Shown here: piece after piece, positions 30,498-40,209 of the stretch
Numbering within the stretch: the first letter of the stretch is position 1
Layout: each line of letters starts with the position of its first letter
Assembly: GCA_963742005.1 (NCBI GenBank)
Contig: CAVUKG010000021.1
Span: forward strand, 46,598-110,597
Length of the DNA: 64,000 nt
Direction: 5' to 3'
DNA from: an uncultured Gammaproteobacteria bacterium
GTDB taxonomy: Bacteria > Pseudomonadota > Gammaproteobacteria > Enterobacterales > Enterobacteriaceae
The notes under the pieces: generated by a model
What the model saw: the letters and a program-made list of their open reading frames with translations, nothing else
Told to the model about the DNA's origin: nothing
Databases searched by the model: none
Position numbers and translations under genes: made by a program

Positions 30498-32186
30498 TTA
30501 ATTAGAACTCACCATCACCTCAATTAGATTAGGTCGACCACTGGCTATTGCAGCCTCTAAAGCTGGAGCAATATCTGCAGCGCGACGAATTTGCTGTGCA
30601 GGTAACCCCATTGAATTCGCTAACGCTTGATAATCAATAGCTGGATTAACAATATCCATTGCAATGAATTTATTAGTCTGTGAAGACGAATAATGTGCTT
30701 GATTACGCATGAAGTTTTTCAGGATATTATATTCTTGATTATTCATCACTACATAGGTAATCGGTAAGTTTTCATGAGCTGCTGTCCACATTGCCTGCGG
30801 GGAGTACATGGCAGCGCCATCGCCAACTAAACAAACTACCGGCTGCTTACCTAAACCTAAGGAATAACCTATTGCAGCGGGCATTCCCCAACCTAATGCT
30901 CCACCCCGCATAAAGGCATACTGCCCCGAGTTATGGCTCGTCAAGAATTTACGCATCAAGGATGAGATGCATAATGCTTCATCAACGATTGCTACATCAG
31001 GACCTATCGCCCTGACAACTTCGTGTGCCGCTACAATAGGTGCGATGACCGGCAAAGAAAATTTCTCGGCAACGGTTATTTCACACTGTTCACGGAAATA
31101 CTGACGTTCATCAGCCGCTTTTTTGATCAAAGCATTATAGTGCTCACGTCGCACATCAGTTGAATCTTTCAGCAACGGTAATAAAGCTCCGAGCGATGCT
31201 TTGATATCACCGACAATTGACAATTTGGTTGAATAAGAGCGACCTAAGTCATTAACATCCGCCGAAAGTTGATAAACGTTACAACCTTCAGGAATAGCAG
31301 AACCTTCACTATATAAAATAGTAATAAGCGACTTACCGCCAAGCGCAAAAATAGCATCATAATTTTTTAGGATTTCTGCAATGCCAGCCGCAGTCGTAGG
31401 CATATTACCTCTCCACAACGGGTGAGAAGTAGGGAAAGGAATACGCGACGGCCATGAAGATCCATATACGTGTGCGCCAAGTAATTCAGCGACATTAATA
31501 GTTTCTGCCGTTGCATTACTGGTATAAATTTCATCACCGGCAATGATTGCTAATTTATCAAGATTACAGTTAGCCAATATCTCTGCCAGCCGTGGCAGTG
31601 AACTTCCAATCGCACGACGATCTATTTCTGACGGTTCGCCTATGTTGACATCACTTAGTTGATCCATGATATCCATGGGCAGCGAAAGAAATACAGGACC
31701 GCTTGGGGCTGCATTTGCATCGTGAAATGCGCGACGTAAAAGTACCGGGAGATGCGATGCATTTGAGACATCCTGCGCCCATTTCACTGCTGGAGAAGCA
31801 ATATTGACCAAATCATCATAGAGCAGCGGGTCACTAATTGAATGACGTGTGTCCTGCTGACCTGCAGTAACAACCAGCGGAGTCTGAGATACTTTGGCAT
31901 TGAGTAAATTGCCCATACCATGTCCAAGTCCGCCAGCAGTATGCAAATTTAGAAAACCAGTTTTGCCGGAAGCCTGTGCGTAACCATCAGCCATGGCCAC
32001 AGCGCTAGCTTCCTGAAGCGCAAGAATATATTTAAGTGAAGGATTGCGAAGCAAAGCATCCATTAAAGGCAACTCTGTAGTGCCTGGATTACCGAAAATA
32101 TACTCGACTCCCTCACTGTGAAGCGTTTCGAGTAAAACATCTGCACCACGACGATTATCCAGTTCATTTGCTTTGCAAAAAGTCAT
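30498..32186 (-). CDS. thiamine-pyrophosphate-dependent decarboxylase (benzoylformate decarboxylase-like)
   Basis: FGNPGTTELP, LQEASA, NLHTAGG and TPP motif GDGAAMY...NN; ATGA overlap with the upstream gene at 32183-32186. Confidence 0.9.
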   Translation of the reverse strand: MTFCKANELDNRRGADVLLETLHSEGVEYIFGNPGTTELPLMDALLRNPSLKYILALQEASAVAMADGYAQASGKTGFLNLHTAGGLGHGMGNLLNAKVSQTPLVVTAGQQDTRHSISDPLLYDDLVNIASPAVKWAQDVSNASHLPVLLRRAFHDANAAPSGPVFLSLPMDIMDQLSDVNIGEPSEIDRRAIGSSLPRLAEILANCNLDKLAIIAGDEIYTSNATAETINVAELLGAHVYGSSWPSRIPFPTSHPLWRGNMPTTAAGIAEILKNYDAIFALGGKSLITILYSEGSAIPEGCNVYQLSADVNDLGRSYSTKLSIVGDIKASLGALLPLLKDSTDVRREHYNALIKKAADERQYFREQCEITVAEKFSLPVIAPIVAAHEVVRAIGPDVAIVDEALCISSLMRKFLTSHNSGQYAFMRGGALGWGMPAAIGYSLGLGKQPVVCLVGDGAAMYSPQAMWTAAHENLPITYVVMNNQEYNILKNFMRNQAHYSSSQTNKFIAMDIVNPAIDYQALANSMGLPAQQIRRAADIAPALEAAIASGRPNLIEVMVSSN

Positions 32187-33253
32187 GATGATAGTCCCCA
32201 ACGATTATCGTTTTTGGCCAGATCGGGTAATAAAAATGATAAACTTTTTTTCCTATTTTCAGGAGAACCTTTGCTCAGTTTATATTCTAAGGTTGTAATC
32301 TTAATGAGTATCGATTGCAACGCACGCCCTAAACTTTCATATCCGCCAACAAAATAGTATCGGCCCGCCTTAATACCAATGATGCCATGACGTTGCAGAT
32401 ACTCAAATAATGCAACGGAAGATCTTGCATCGTAGTTTTCCTGAGGGGTGGCTTGAAGTGGATAACGAATTAATCGTTCTGCCAGAATGTACTGTATGGA
32501 GGCTCTTAACACGGTATCATTTGACTGGAGTTCCAGAAGGGCAAGGATAGACAGGATATCTACTCGTAACTCTTCAGCGCCAGCACCATTCCTTGAACTT
32601 TTGTCCGCAAGGAATTTAGGAAGAGGAAGATAACCCGTTTTATGATAATGCTCATGCATATGAACCCATATGGCACTCGCGCTAGTAAGTAATGAGTCAT
32701 CAGCCGTCAGGATGTCAGGAAAGGCCGTCGGGGACCAAGTAGCCTCAATAGCGACTCTGGTATAAGATTTAAATCGTTCAACAAATTTCTCGATAAGATA
32801 ATATGCTTTATGATGTTGCTTGACTTTTGCTTGAAAAAAATTCTCAGGGAAGATTGCAACCGATAATGGGTTTTTAAAACCATCAGTACAACAATGTAAT
32901 AATACAGGCATCGCCTCAGAGTCAGGGACTATATCTAAAATAATTTCAGGAATAGGAATCGGTTCCACTACAGCAGCCTCCAAAAAGGCATCTGTATTAT
33001 AAGGAATGTCAAAAAAACCAACAATAAAATTAGGTTCTACATCGTTGCTCAGATCGAGCAAATTATTAGAGTCTAAAGTAGGACACTCCAAGTTATTCAG
33101 TAGCGTTTGAATGTGGACGACTGCCTGGAATTGCTGAAGATACTTCCTCACACATTTAGCTATTACTTCAAGATTGTTAGTGTGACCTCCATTTATTATT
33201 TCGCTTCTGCACTTATTGATCTGCTGTATTATTTCATTAGATTTGCTTTTCAT
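32183..33253 (-). CDS. DUF6421-like metalloenzyme
   Basis: VAIFPEN, W..HEHYH..G.LP, EELRVD, ERLIRYP and NYD...LFEYL motifs match the DUF6421 pattern as recalled. Confidence 0.7.
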   Translation of the reverse strand: MKSKSNEIIQQINKCRSEIINGGHTNNLEVIAKCVRKYLQQFQAVVHIQTLLNNLECPTLDSNNLLDLSNDVEPNFIVGFFDIPYNTDAFLEAAVVEPIPIPEIILDIVPDSEAMPVLLHCCTDGFKNPLSVAIFPENFFQAKVKQHHKAYYLIEKFVERFKSYTRVAIEATWSPTAFPDILTADDSLLTSASAIWVHMHEHYHKTGYLPLPKFLADKSSRNGAGAEELRVDILSILALLELQSNDTVLRASIQYILAERLIRYPLQATPQENYDARSSVALFEYLQRHGIIGIKAGRYYFVGGYESLGRALQSILIKITTLEYKLSKGSPENRKKSLSFLLPDLAKNDNRWGLSS

Positions 33254-33343
33254 TAGTCAACCCATGCCTTTTGTCATTGTTGCCAATGTTTAAAAACTGG
33301 CAAAAAGTAATTGGTTAATAAAATATAATTTTTAGCTTAAAAA

Positions 33344-33859
33344 TCAGTTAACTTGAATACGATCAGGTAAAGAGTCAATATGCTCAAATAAATTCACTTG
33401 GTACTGATATGATACTTTGCTGTCACAAACCCCTTGCAACAGTAATTCACGATAACGAGCACTGGGGGCGGCCTCGTCATTAAGAGTCACTAAACCAATA
33501 TAAGTATACCCGAAAGTTGTTTTACCATTATGTAAAGAGAGGCGGACTAATTGGCGCTTGTAACGTTTTATAAAAACACCTTCTCTTCTATCAATGCTTT
33601 CTAAACACTCGATAGGTAATTTAAACAAGGCCCCTTCAACCACATGCCCATTTTGGGGTCGAATGTTTGCACAACATACAAGCTCATTCAGAGAAGCATA
33701 ATCAAAGACAAGCTTATAATGCTCTAGATATGCTGGACCTATAAAATACTCACTCACGCGGCAACCTAAAGTCTTACCTAAACTTCCATGATTCATACAA
33801 GAGCCATATGCGAACAATTGGAAATAATTGTTCGACTGACAACCAAAATCGTTAGACAT
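33344..33859 (-). CDS. gamma-glutamylcyclotransferase family protein
   Basis: FAYGSCMN loop, VEGALF, IDRREG (catalytic Glu), PSARY motifs. Confidence 0.88.
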   Translation of the reverse strand: MSNDFGCQSNNYFQLFAYGSCMNHGSLGKTLGCRVSEYFIGPAYLEHYKLVFDYASLNELVCCANIRPQNGHVVEGALFKLPIECLESIDRREGVFIKRYKRQLVRLSLHNGKTTFGYTYIGLVTLNDEAAPSARYRELLLQGVCDSKVSYQYQVNLFEHIDSLPDRIQVN

Positions 33860-33913
33860 TTACCCACCTCTTTGCAAGGCTAAATAAAATGACAATAACA
33901 CAATGATTTATTA

Positions 33914-34165
33914 TCAACCGAGAACGTAATTATCATATATAGCACTAATTGTTTTAATTGAATTGAGCTCAAAATCACCAATTGGAATTTCTTTTTTCAA
34001 CACTTCTTCGAGGAAAATCACAAAATGGACAATAGATAATGAATCAAGAAAATCATTGTCAATAAGATTAGTATCAACATTGATTTTCTTATGTTTAAGC
34101 ACATCATAATCTATAAAAAAATCATTTACTTTTTCTGAAAGGGTTAACAAACTCATCGAAAGCAT
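33914..34165 (-). CDS. stand-alone acyl/aminoacyl carrier protein
   Basis: 83 aa, acidic; NLIDNDFLDSLSIVHFVIFLEE phosphopantetheine motif; aaggag RBS. Confidence 0.85.
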   Translation of the reverse strand: MLSMSLLTLSEKVNDFFIDYDVLKHKKINVDTNLIDNDFLDSLSIVHFVIFLEEVLKKEIPIGDFELNSIKTISAIYDNYVLG

Positions 34166-34234
34166 AGGTTCTCTCCTTAGTTAAAAAATAATTAATAACG
34201 TTAAAATAAAGAATTTCCCGTTTAATTTACATTA

Positions 34235-34873
34235 CTAACTCCAGATAGAAATTCCTTCAGTAGAAAGTGTTTTTTGCACAGCGGGCCGTAAAAGCATACG
34301 TTCAACATGAGCCACCCAATGATTATATTGAGTCATATCTAGATTTAATAAATTCCCCCATTTAAAGTATATGAAGAGTACTGGATCAACTATTGAATAT
34401 TCTTCTTTAAGTGCCCAAGTCCGATTTTCAAGTCTATTGTTTATTTGATTAAATACTTCGATGGTTTCAATGCGACCTTTAGAGCGTATACCCTCATAAG
34501 CTTTTCCATCCTCTGTAAAACGAGACGGATGAAAGTTTAGTGATAGAACACCAGTCAATGAGCAACTTAACCAATTTAACCATTCGACCGTTTTGGCCAC
34601 ACCCTCCGTTGTGGAGGGTAACAACCTACTCTCTGGGTATGACATGGCGAGATATAACAAGATAGCAGAAGACTCTGTTAAGATTTCGTTATCTGTTATC
34701 AGTACCGGTACTTTTCCCTTGGGATTGATTTTTTTGAATTCGTCTAATTTATTGTCTCCATTTTTCAATGATAAACCAAGCAATTCAAAGGGCTTACCCA
34801 GCTCATTAAGTATGACGTGCGGAGCAAAAGAAAGATGCCCCGGACAATAGTAAAGCTTAAGAATAGTATGCAT
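34235..34873 (-). CDS. glutathione S-transferase (beta-class-like)
   Basis: INPKGKVPVL, LTESSAILLYL, YSIVD and RPAVQK motifs. Confidence 0.92.
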   Translation of the reverse strand: MHTILKLYYCPGHLSFAPHVILNELGKPFELLGLSLKNGDNKLDEFKKINPKGKVPVLITDNEILTESSAILLYLAMSYPESRLLPSTTEGVAKTVEWLNWLSCSLTGVLSLNFHPSRFTEDGKAYEGIRSKGRIETIEVFNQINNRLENRTWALKEEYSIVDPVLFIYFKWGNLLNLDMTQYNHWVAHVERMLLRPAVQKTLSTEGISIWS

Positions 34874-35120
34874 ATTAGCAATAGCCTTTTCTAAAATTCA
34901 TAGCACAACGGCTAAAATAATGAGGTCATAGTTTTAAAAAAATTAACTCTGCAGCTGTAAAATTTAAAAGGGCAAGGTAGTGTTAGCTATAAACAGCAAA
35001 CCCGTCATCATTTAAAATAATCAATTAAAATGGAGGGCGAAAGAGATGCCTGGTGTTAACATTATGCTAATACCTTCATTGATAATATGGCTCCTAAAAA
35101 CTAATTAGTATTTTATTTAG

Positions 35121-36281
35121 TCAGGCTTTCCCATGGCCTTGAGAGAACGGGCCTTTAGAAAACTCATGCAAAGCATCTTTATTTAACTCAAAACCTAATC
35201 CTGGAGATGTTGGCATTATTATTTTTCCATTATCCCATTGAGGTAGACCCGTGAAGAGTTTACGGCATATATCAACGACAACTACGTGCCACTCAACCAT
35301 TCCTCCATTTGCTACTCCGGCATGAAGATGCATATTTTGGAATGGAAAGGTCCCGCCGTTATCAATTTGAACACCAAAAGAGCGAGCGAGGCTTGCAGCA
35401 CGAAGGCCGGCAGAGAAGCCACCACAGACACAAACGTTAGGTTGTAAAATATCAATTGAGCCTGCAAGAAGCATATCTCTAAAACGAAAGAGTTGACCTT
35501 CGCTTTGTCCTGCAGCGACTGGCATTGCTATACTTTTTCGAAGATCAGCCAATTTCACGGGGTCATTGTCTGCAATAGGTTCTTCAAAAAATGCAATATT
35601 ACAGTCCGACAAATCTTGGGCAAGTCTTAAAGCATGGTAGTGATCAAGACCACAATTTGCATCGATATAAATCTCAATGCTATCTCCAACAGCCTCTCGC
35701 ACTGCACGTACTCTTTTGGCATCGTCTTTTATCACTTCATCTAATGAACGTCCCTGCTCCCGCCTAGCCATTGCATGATAACCTACTAACATTTTGATTC
35801 GCTTATGCCCTTCATTAACCAATGTCCTTGCCGCATAGGCGAGTTGTTCCTGATCGAGTGAGGCAAATCCAAATGTTGTATAAAGGGAGACCTCTGACCG
35901 TGCTCCACCCAACAATTGCCATACTGGCAGGTTGACGGACTTACCAATAATATCCCAGATTGCAATGTCAATTGCCGAGATAGCATGACTGGCGTACCCG
36001 GTCTGGCCACGCGGAGTCAATAGCCAATAAAGTTTCTCCGAGATAGCTTCGCGATTAAGAGCATCCATCCCCAAAAGATTAGGTGCAACTACAGCTTTAA
36101 TAATAGTTGCGATGACTTCCTCGTCGGTTATTGCAGTAAAACCATGGCCTGTCAAGCCACTTGCGGTTTCAATTTCAACGATAACCCCTGATAATTTACC
36201 GGCAATAGTCAGTCCAGCGACATCAGCTTCCCCTGGAACAAAAACAGGCGTTGCATCAATTCTGATAATTTTTTGTTGCAT
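35121..36281 (-). CDS. mandelate racemase/muconate lactonizing enzyme (enolase superfamily) protein
   Basis: AISAIDIAIWDIIGK...PVWQLLGG, IDAN, FEEP and P..PGLG motifs. Confidence 0.9.
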   Translation of the reverse strand: MQQKIIRIDATPVFVPGEADVAGLTIAGKLSGVIVEIETASGLTGHGFTAITDEEVIATIIKAVVAPNLLGMDALNREAISEKLYWLLTPRGQTGYASHAISAIDIAIWDIIGKSVNLPVWQLLGGARSEVSLYTTFGFASLDQEQLAYAARTLVNEGHKRIKMLVGYHAMARREQGRSLDEVIKDDAKRVRAVREAVGDSIEIYIDANCGLDHYHALRLAQDLSDCNIAFFEEPIADNDPVKLADLRKSIAMPVAAGQSEGQLFRFRDMLLAGSIDILQPNVCVCGGFSAGLRAASLARSFGVQIDNGGTFPFQNMHLHAGVANGGMVEWHVVVVDICRKLFTGLPQWDNGKIIMPTSPGLGFELNKDALHEFSKGPFSQGHGKA

Positions 36282-36330
36282 ATAACCCTCTGTTTGATTT
36301 TCTAGAATAATTTTTTGAAAATATAAACTA

Positions 36331-37521
36331 TCAATTAGCTGCTTTACTTCTGAATAGATATAACATAGCCACCCCCACTAATAATCCCCAGAAAGCGCCG
36401 CCGATACCCCAGAATGCATGTCCTCCAATAGTGACTAAAAAGGTCACAATTGCAGCTTCTCGGCTATTTTTGTTTGTGAGTGAATTAACCAACGAATTAC
36501 CAAGTGCCCCCATTAATGCGAGTCCTGCAACAGCCTCAATAAAAATGGGAGGGGAAACAGAAATGAATTGCGTAGCAGCACTTGCAGCAAGACCATATAT
36601 AATATAAGCAATACCACAAATTATCCCTGCCCAATATCGTTTAGAGGGATCGTCCCCGGCGTCCTCCCCGGCACAAATAGCAGCAGTTATTGCGGCGAGG
36701 CCTATGGCAGGGCCACCAAAGGGGGCGGCTAAAAGGCTGCTAAATCCTGTAGTCGTAAAAAGTGGAGTGGGGTCAGGTTTATAACCATTAACATTCAACA
36801 CCGCTACGCCGGGTATATTCTGGGAAGCCATCGTAACAATAAAAAGGGGTATTGCAATACTGATAAAAGAAGAAAAGCTAAACCTTGGCGTTGCTAACAT
36901 CAGATGTGGCCATATGTTTAATTGATTTACGTGGCTTAAGTCTGATGTTAAATAAATCACAATTAGAGTGGCGATTGCAGCAAAAGGGATAGCTAATATC
37001 CTTTTTACCTTGAGCATGATTAACCATACTAATAACACGGGGGAAAAATAAAGGGGATACTTTGCCATTGCGTGAACAGGAGCAACACACAAATTTAGAA
37101 TAATCCCTGCAAGCATTGCGTTCGCCACTGCAGAAGGTATTTTTGTGATAATTTTTCCCAAGGGTTTCCATAATCCTGCTAACGTCAACATCGTGCCAGC
37201 CATAATAAGAGCACCTATGGCTGCTGGAAACCCTCCTTTAACCGCACCCATTCCCAGTAATAAAGCCGCCCCTGGTGTTGACCAAGCTACGCTCACCGGC
37301 ATTTTGTTTTTAATACTCAAAACTATACCTGCAACACCCATTGCAATAGAGACGGCCATTAATCCTGATGCTGCCTGCTGTTGGGTAGCCCCCACATTAA
37401 CTAACGCCTGCACTATAAGCGTAAATGTCGAGGCGAATCCAACAAATGAAGACAGCAAACCGGCTCCAGCAGCATGCCAGGAAAAATCCGTTTTACTCTT
37501 TTTGAGGACTACATTAGTCAC
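36331..37521 (-). CDS. BenE-family benzoate/H+ symporter
   Basis: AWSTPGAALL, FIVTMASQNIPG, LAAITAAIC and GAFWGL motifs. Confidence 0.9.
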   Translation of the reverse strand: MTNVVLKKSKTDFSWHAAGAGLLSSFVGFASTFTLIVQALVNVGATQQQAASGLMAVSIAMGVAGIVLSIKNKMPVSVAWSTPGAALLLGMGAVKGGFPAAIGALIMAGTMLTLAGLWKPLGKIITKIPSAVANAMLAGIILNLCVAPVHAMAKYPLYFSPVLLVWLIMLKVKRILAIPFAAIATLIVIYLTSDLSHVNQLNIWPHLMLATPRFSFSSFISIAIPLFIVTMASQNIPGVAVLNVNGYKPDPTPLFTTTGFSSLLAAPFGGPAIGLAAITAAICAGEDAGDDPSKRYWAGIICGIAYIIYGLAASAATQFISVSPPIFIEAVAGLALMGALGNSLVNSLTNKNSREAAIVTFLVTIGGHAFWGIGGAFWGLLVGVAMLYLFRSKAAN

Positions 37522-37656
37522 TATAATAACTCCTGAAATAAATTATCTAAATTTATATTTGAACGCATTTTTACTTCGCCACAAAAAAAGCATGAGAATT
37601 AATCTCAATAAAACCATGAGCTATTAATTAATAGTAAAAATATTTTTAAATTCACT

Positions 37657-38976
37657 TTATAAATCTATAGGACTTTGAGGTCGTGGAAGTCCAATATTCG
37701 CACGCAAAGTGTTTCCCTCATATTTTGTACGCATTAATCCACGGCGCTGTAACTCAGGCACTACCATTGTTACAAAATCGTCGTATCCATCAGGCACAGT
37801 ATGAAAAACGATAATAAAACCGTCACATGCCCCTGTTTGGAACCATTCTTCCATCTGATCCGCAATTTCATTAGGAGTACCGACCATTTCACCGGTTCCT
37901 GATTCAGCCGCTCGCTTTGCTAATTCTCTTACAGTAAGATTTTCACGCCTGGCAAGCGCCACCCATTCACGCTGATTCCCCTGCCCTTGTTCAGTCACAG
38001 GAAGGTCTGGTAATAATTCATCGGGATCGAATTTAGAGCAATCAACTCCAAGGCGAATTGAAAGATTTGGAATATTACTCTCCACATGGACTAAATCATC
38101 CATATATCTTTTTTTGGCGAGCGCTTCTTCCCTTGTGCGGCCAACATACACTTGATTAGCAGGAAGTATTCTAATATGGTCAGGGTCTCGCCCATAAGCC
38201 ACTGCTCGTGATTTCATGTCCTGATAAAAATCCCGAGCAGTGTGAATGCTTCTCGCATTTCCGAATACAAGATCCGCTGACTTCGCTGCCATCTGCCTCG
38301 CACCTTCAGAAGCACCTGCAAGCGCAATAATAGGCCAGCCTTGCACGGGACGAGCAATGTTTAATGGACCTTTAACTGAAAAATATTTTCCTTTATGATT
38401 CAATGGCCTAATAACATTAACATCTGAAAATATCCCACTCTTTTTTTCCATCTTCAAGGCATTGTCTGACCAACCATCCCAAAGCCCGGTCACGACATCG
38501 AAAAATTCCTCTGCACGTTCATACCTTTCAGCATGCCTAAGAGCTATCTCAAGGCCAAAATTTAACGCTGCCTCTGGGTTAACCGTCGTGACTATATTCC
38601 ATCCTGCACGACCATTACTTAAATGATCGAGAGAAGCAAAACGCCTTGCCAAAAGATAGGGATCTTCATAGCTCGTTGATCCAGTGGCGATTAGTCCTAT
38701 CCGGTCGGTACAGGCAGCAATTGCTGACAACATAATCAGAGGATCGAAAGACGTAACCGTCGCACTTCTTTTTAGCGCATCTGGCGGCATAGGCATAAGA
38801 GCCAAATGGTCTGCCGTAAAAATAGCATCAAAGCAAGCAGCTTCGAGTTTCTTGGCTAACGACTTGATAATTGGCCAATTGAAATTGGCATCTGCGGGAG
38901 CTTCCGGATGCCGCCACCATGCTGTATGTAAACAAATCGGGCGCATAAAGCCCCCAAGACATAATTGTTTTGTCAT
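37657..38976 (-). CDS. NtaA/SnaA/DszA-type FMNH2-dependent (LLM) monooxygenase
   Basis: FTADHL, ARRFASLDHLSNGRAGWNIVT, GPLNIARPVQG and VPELQRRG motifs. Confidence 0.93.
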   Translation of the reverse strand: MTKQLCLGGFMRPICLHTAWWRHPEAPADANFNWPIIKSLAKKLEAACFDAIFTADHLALMPMPPDALKRSATVTSFDPLIMLSAIAACTDRIGLIATGSTSYEDPYLLARRFASLDHLSNGRAGWNIVTTVNPEAALNFGLEIALRHAERYERAEEFFDVVTGLWDGWSDNALKMEKKSGIFSDVNVIRPLNHKGKYFSVKGPLNIARPVQGWPIIALAGASEGARQMAAKSADLVFGNARSIHTARDFYQDMKSRAVAYGRDPDHIRILPANQVYVGRTREEALAKKRYMDDLVHVESNIPNLSIRLGVDCSKFDPDELLPDLPVTEQGQGNQREWVALARRENLTVRELAKRAAESGTGEMVGTPNEIADQMEEWFQTGACDGFIIVFHTVPDGYDDFVTMVVPELQRRGLMRTKYEGNTLRANIGLPRPQSPIDL

Positions 38977-39015
38977 CAGTAATGATTCTTATGGTCAAAT
39001 TTTAGGGTTCAACAC

Positions 39016-40209
39016 TTAGCTGCAAGCCGTATTGAAACGTACCAGGCCAGCCTCTAGATCCGCTATTAAATCATCTACATCTTCCAAACCAATATATAAA
39101 CGAACGCATGGGCCTTGAGGCTTACGAGTAGAGACGCTCCGATAATCTGTGCAATCAAAAGGAAGTATCAAACTTTCAAATCCGCCCCAAGAGAAACCAA
39201 GCCCAAAATATTTCAAACCTTCGAGAAAAGCCGCCACAGCCTGGTCAGATGCCGGTTGCAGCACAATCGAAAACAGGCTTGATGCCCCGGTAAAATCTCT
39301 TAACCAAAGCGAATATCCTGGATCATTTTTTAATGCAGGATACCAAACACATTGCACTTCTGGTCTTCCCGCTAACCAAGTGGCGATATGTAACGCACTG
39401 GCTTGATGCTGGCGCAACCTTACTCCCAAGGTACGGAGCCCCCGAAGTGTGAGCCAAGCATCATCAGGGCTTATGCACATTCCTATCTCTCGTCGATATT
39501 GCTCCAGCTTTACCCACGCTTGTGTTGAAGCTGAAACCATGCCAATCATGACATCCGAATGCCCTGAAATATATTTAGTTCCCGCCTGAATGACTAAATC
39601 GGCCCCTTGACCAATAGCGTCAAAAAAGAGAGGCGTAGCCCAGGTGTTATCCATTATTACTAAAAGATTAAATTCCCGGGCCACTGTCACGATAGCCGCT
39701 ATATCAGACATCTCCATACTCTGAGAACCAGGAACTTCCAAATAGATTGCCTTAGTTTCCTGACGTATTAAATGGCGTAACTCATCACCCGTCACCAAGG
39801 GATGAAAGTAGGTCGTTTGAATACCGTTTCTTTTTAATACGCCCTCGCACAAATTCCTCGTAGGGCGATAAGCAGCATCTGTCATCAGTAGATGGTCACC
39901 GGTCGAAAGACATGACATAAGTGCAGTGGATATTGCAGCAAGCCCTGATGGGCAAAGAACCACACCGGCACTATTATCAAGCGATCGTATGGCTTCCTGT
40001 AACGACTCCGTAGTAGGGGATCCCACACGTCCATATACAAATTTCTGCCGGTAGTTCAGCAAATCATCAACTGTCGGAGCGATAACCGTTGATCCCCTGA
40101 AGAGGGGAGTATTAACGAACCCAAGATTTGACGCGGGAGCTCTTCCCGCGTGAGTGATTGTAGAATCCGCTCCAGCCTGCCAGGCAAACCCGTTTGAATC
40201 GTGTTTCAT
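39016..40209 (-). CDS. metC: cystathionine beta-lyase-like PLP C-S lyase
   Basis: [25 protein letters not shown] (PLP Lys) and [10 protein letters not shown] motifs. Confidence 0.88.
   Translation of the reverse strand: MKHDSNGFAWQAGADSTITHAGRAPASNLGFVNTPLFRGSTVIAPTVDDLLNYRQKFVYGRVGSPTTESLQEAIRSLDNSAGVVLCPSGLAAISTALMSCLSTGDHLLMTDAAYRPTRNLCEGVLKRNGIQTTYFHPLVTGDELRHLIRQETKAIYLEVPGSQSMEMSDIAAIVTVAREFNLLVIMDNTWATPLFFDAIGQGADLVIQAGTKYISGHSDVMIGMVSASTQAWVKLEQYRREIGMCISPDDAWLTLRGLRTLGVRLRQHQASALHIATWLAGRPEVQCVWYPALKNDPGYSLWLRDFTGASSLFSIVLQPASDQAVAAFLEGLKYFGLGFSWGGFESLILPFDCTDYRSVSTRKPQGPCVRLYIGLEDVDDLIADLEAGLVRFNTACS

Noticed and set aside
30498-37521. Classical mandelate (mdl) catabolic operon
   Set aside because: No mandelate or benzaldehyde dehydrogenase, and the racemase catalytic residues are not conserved
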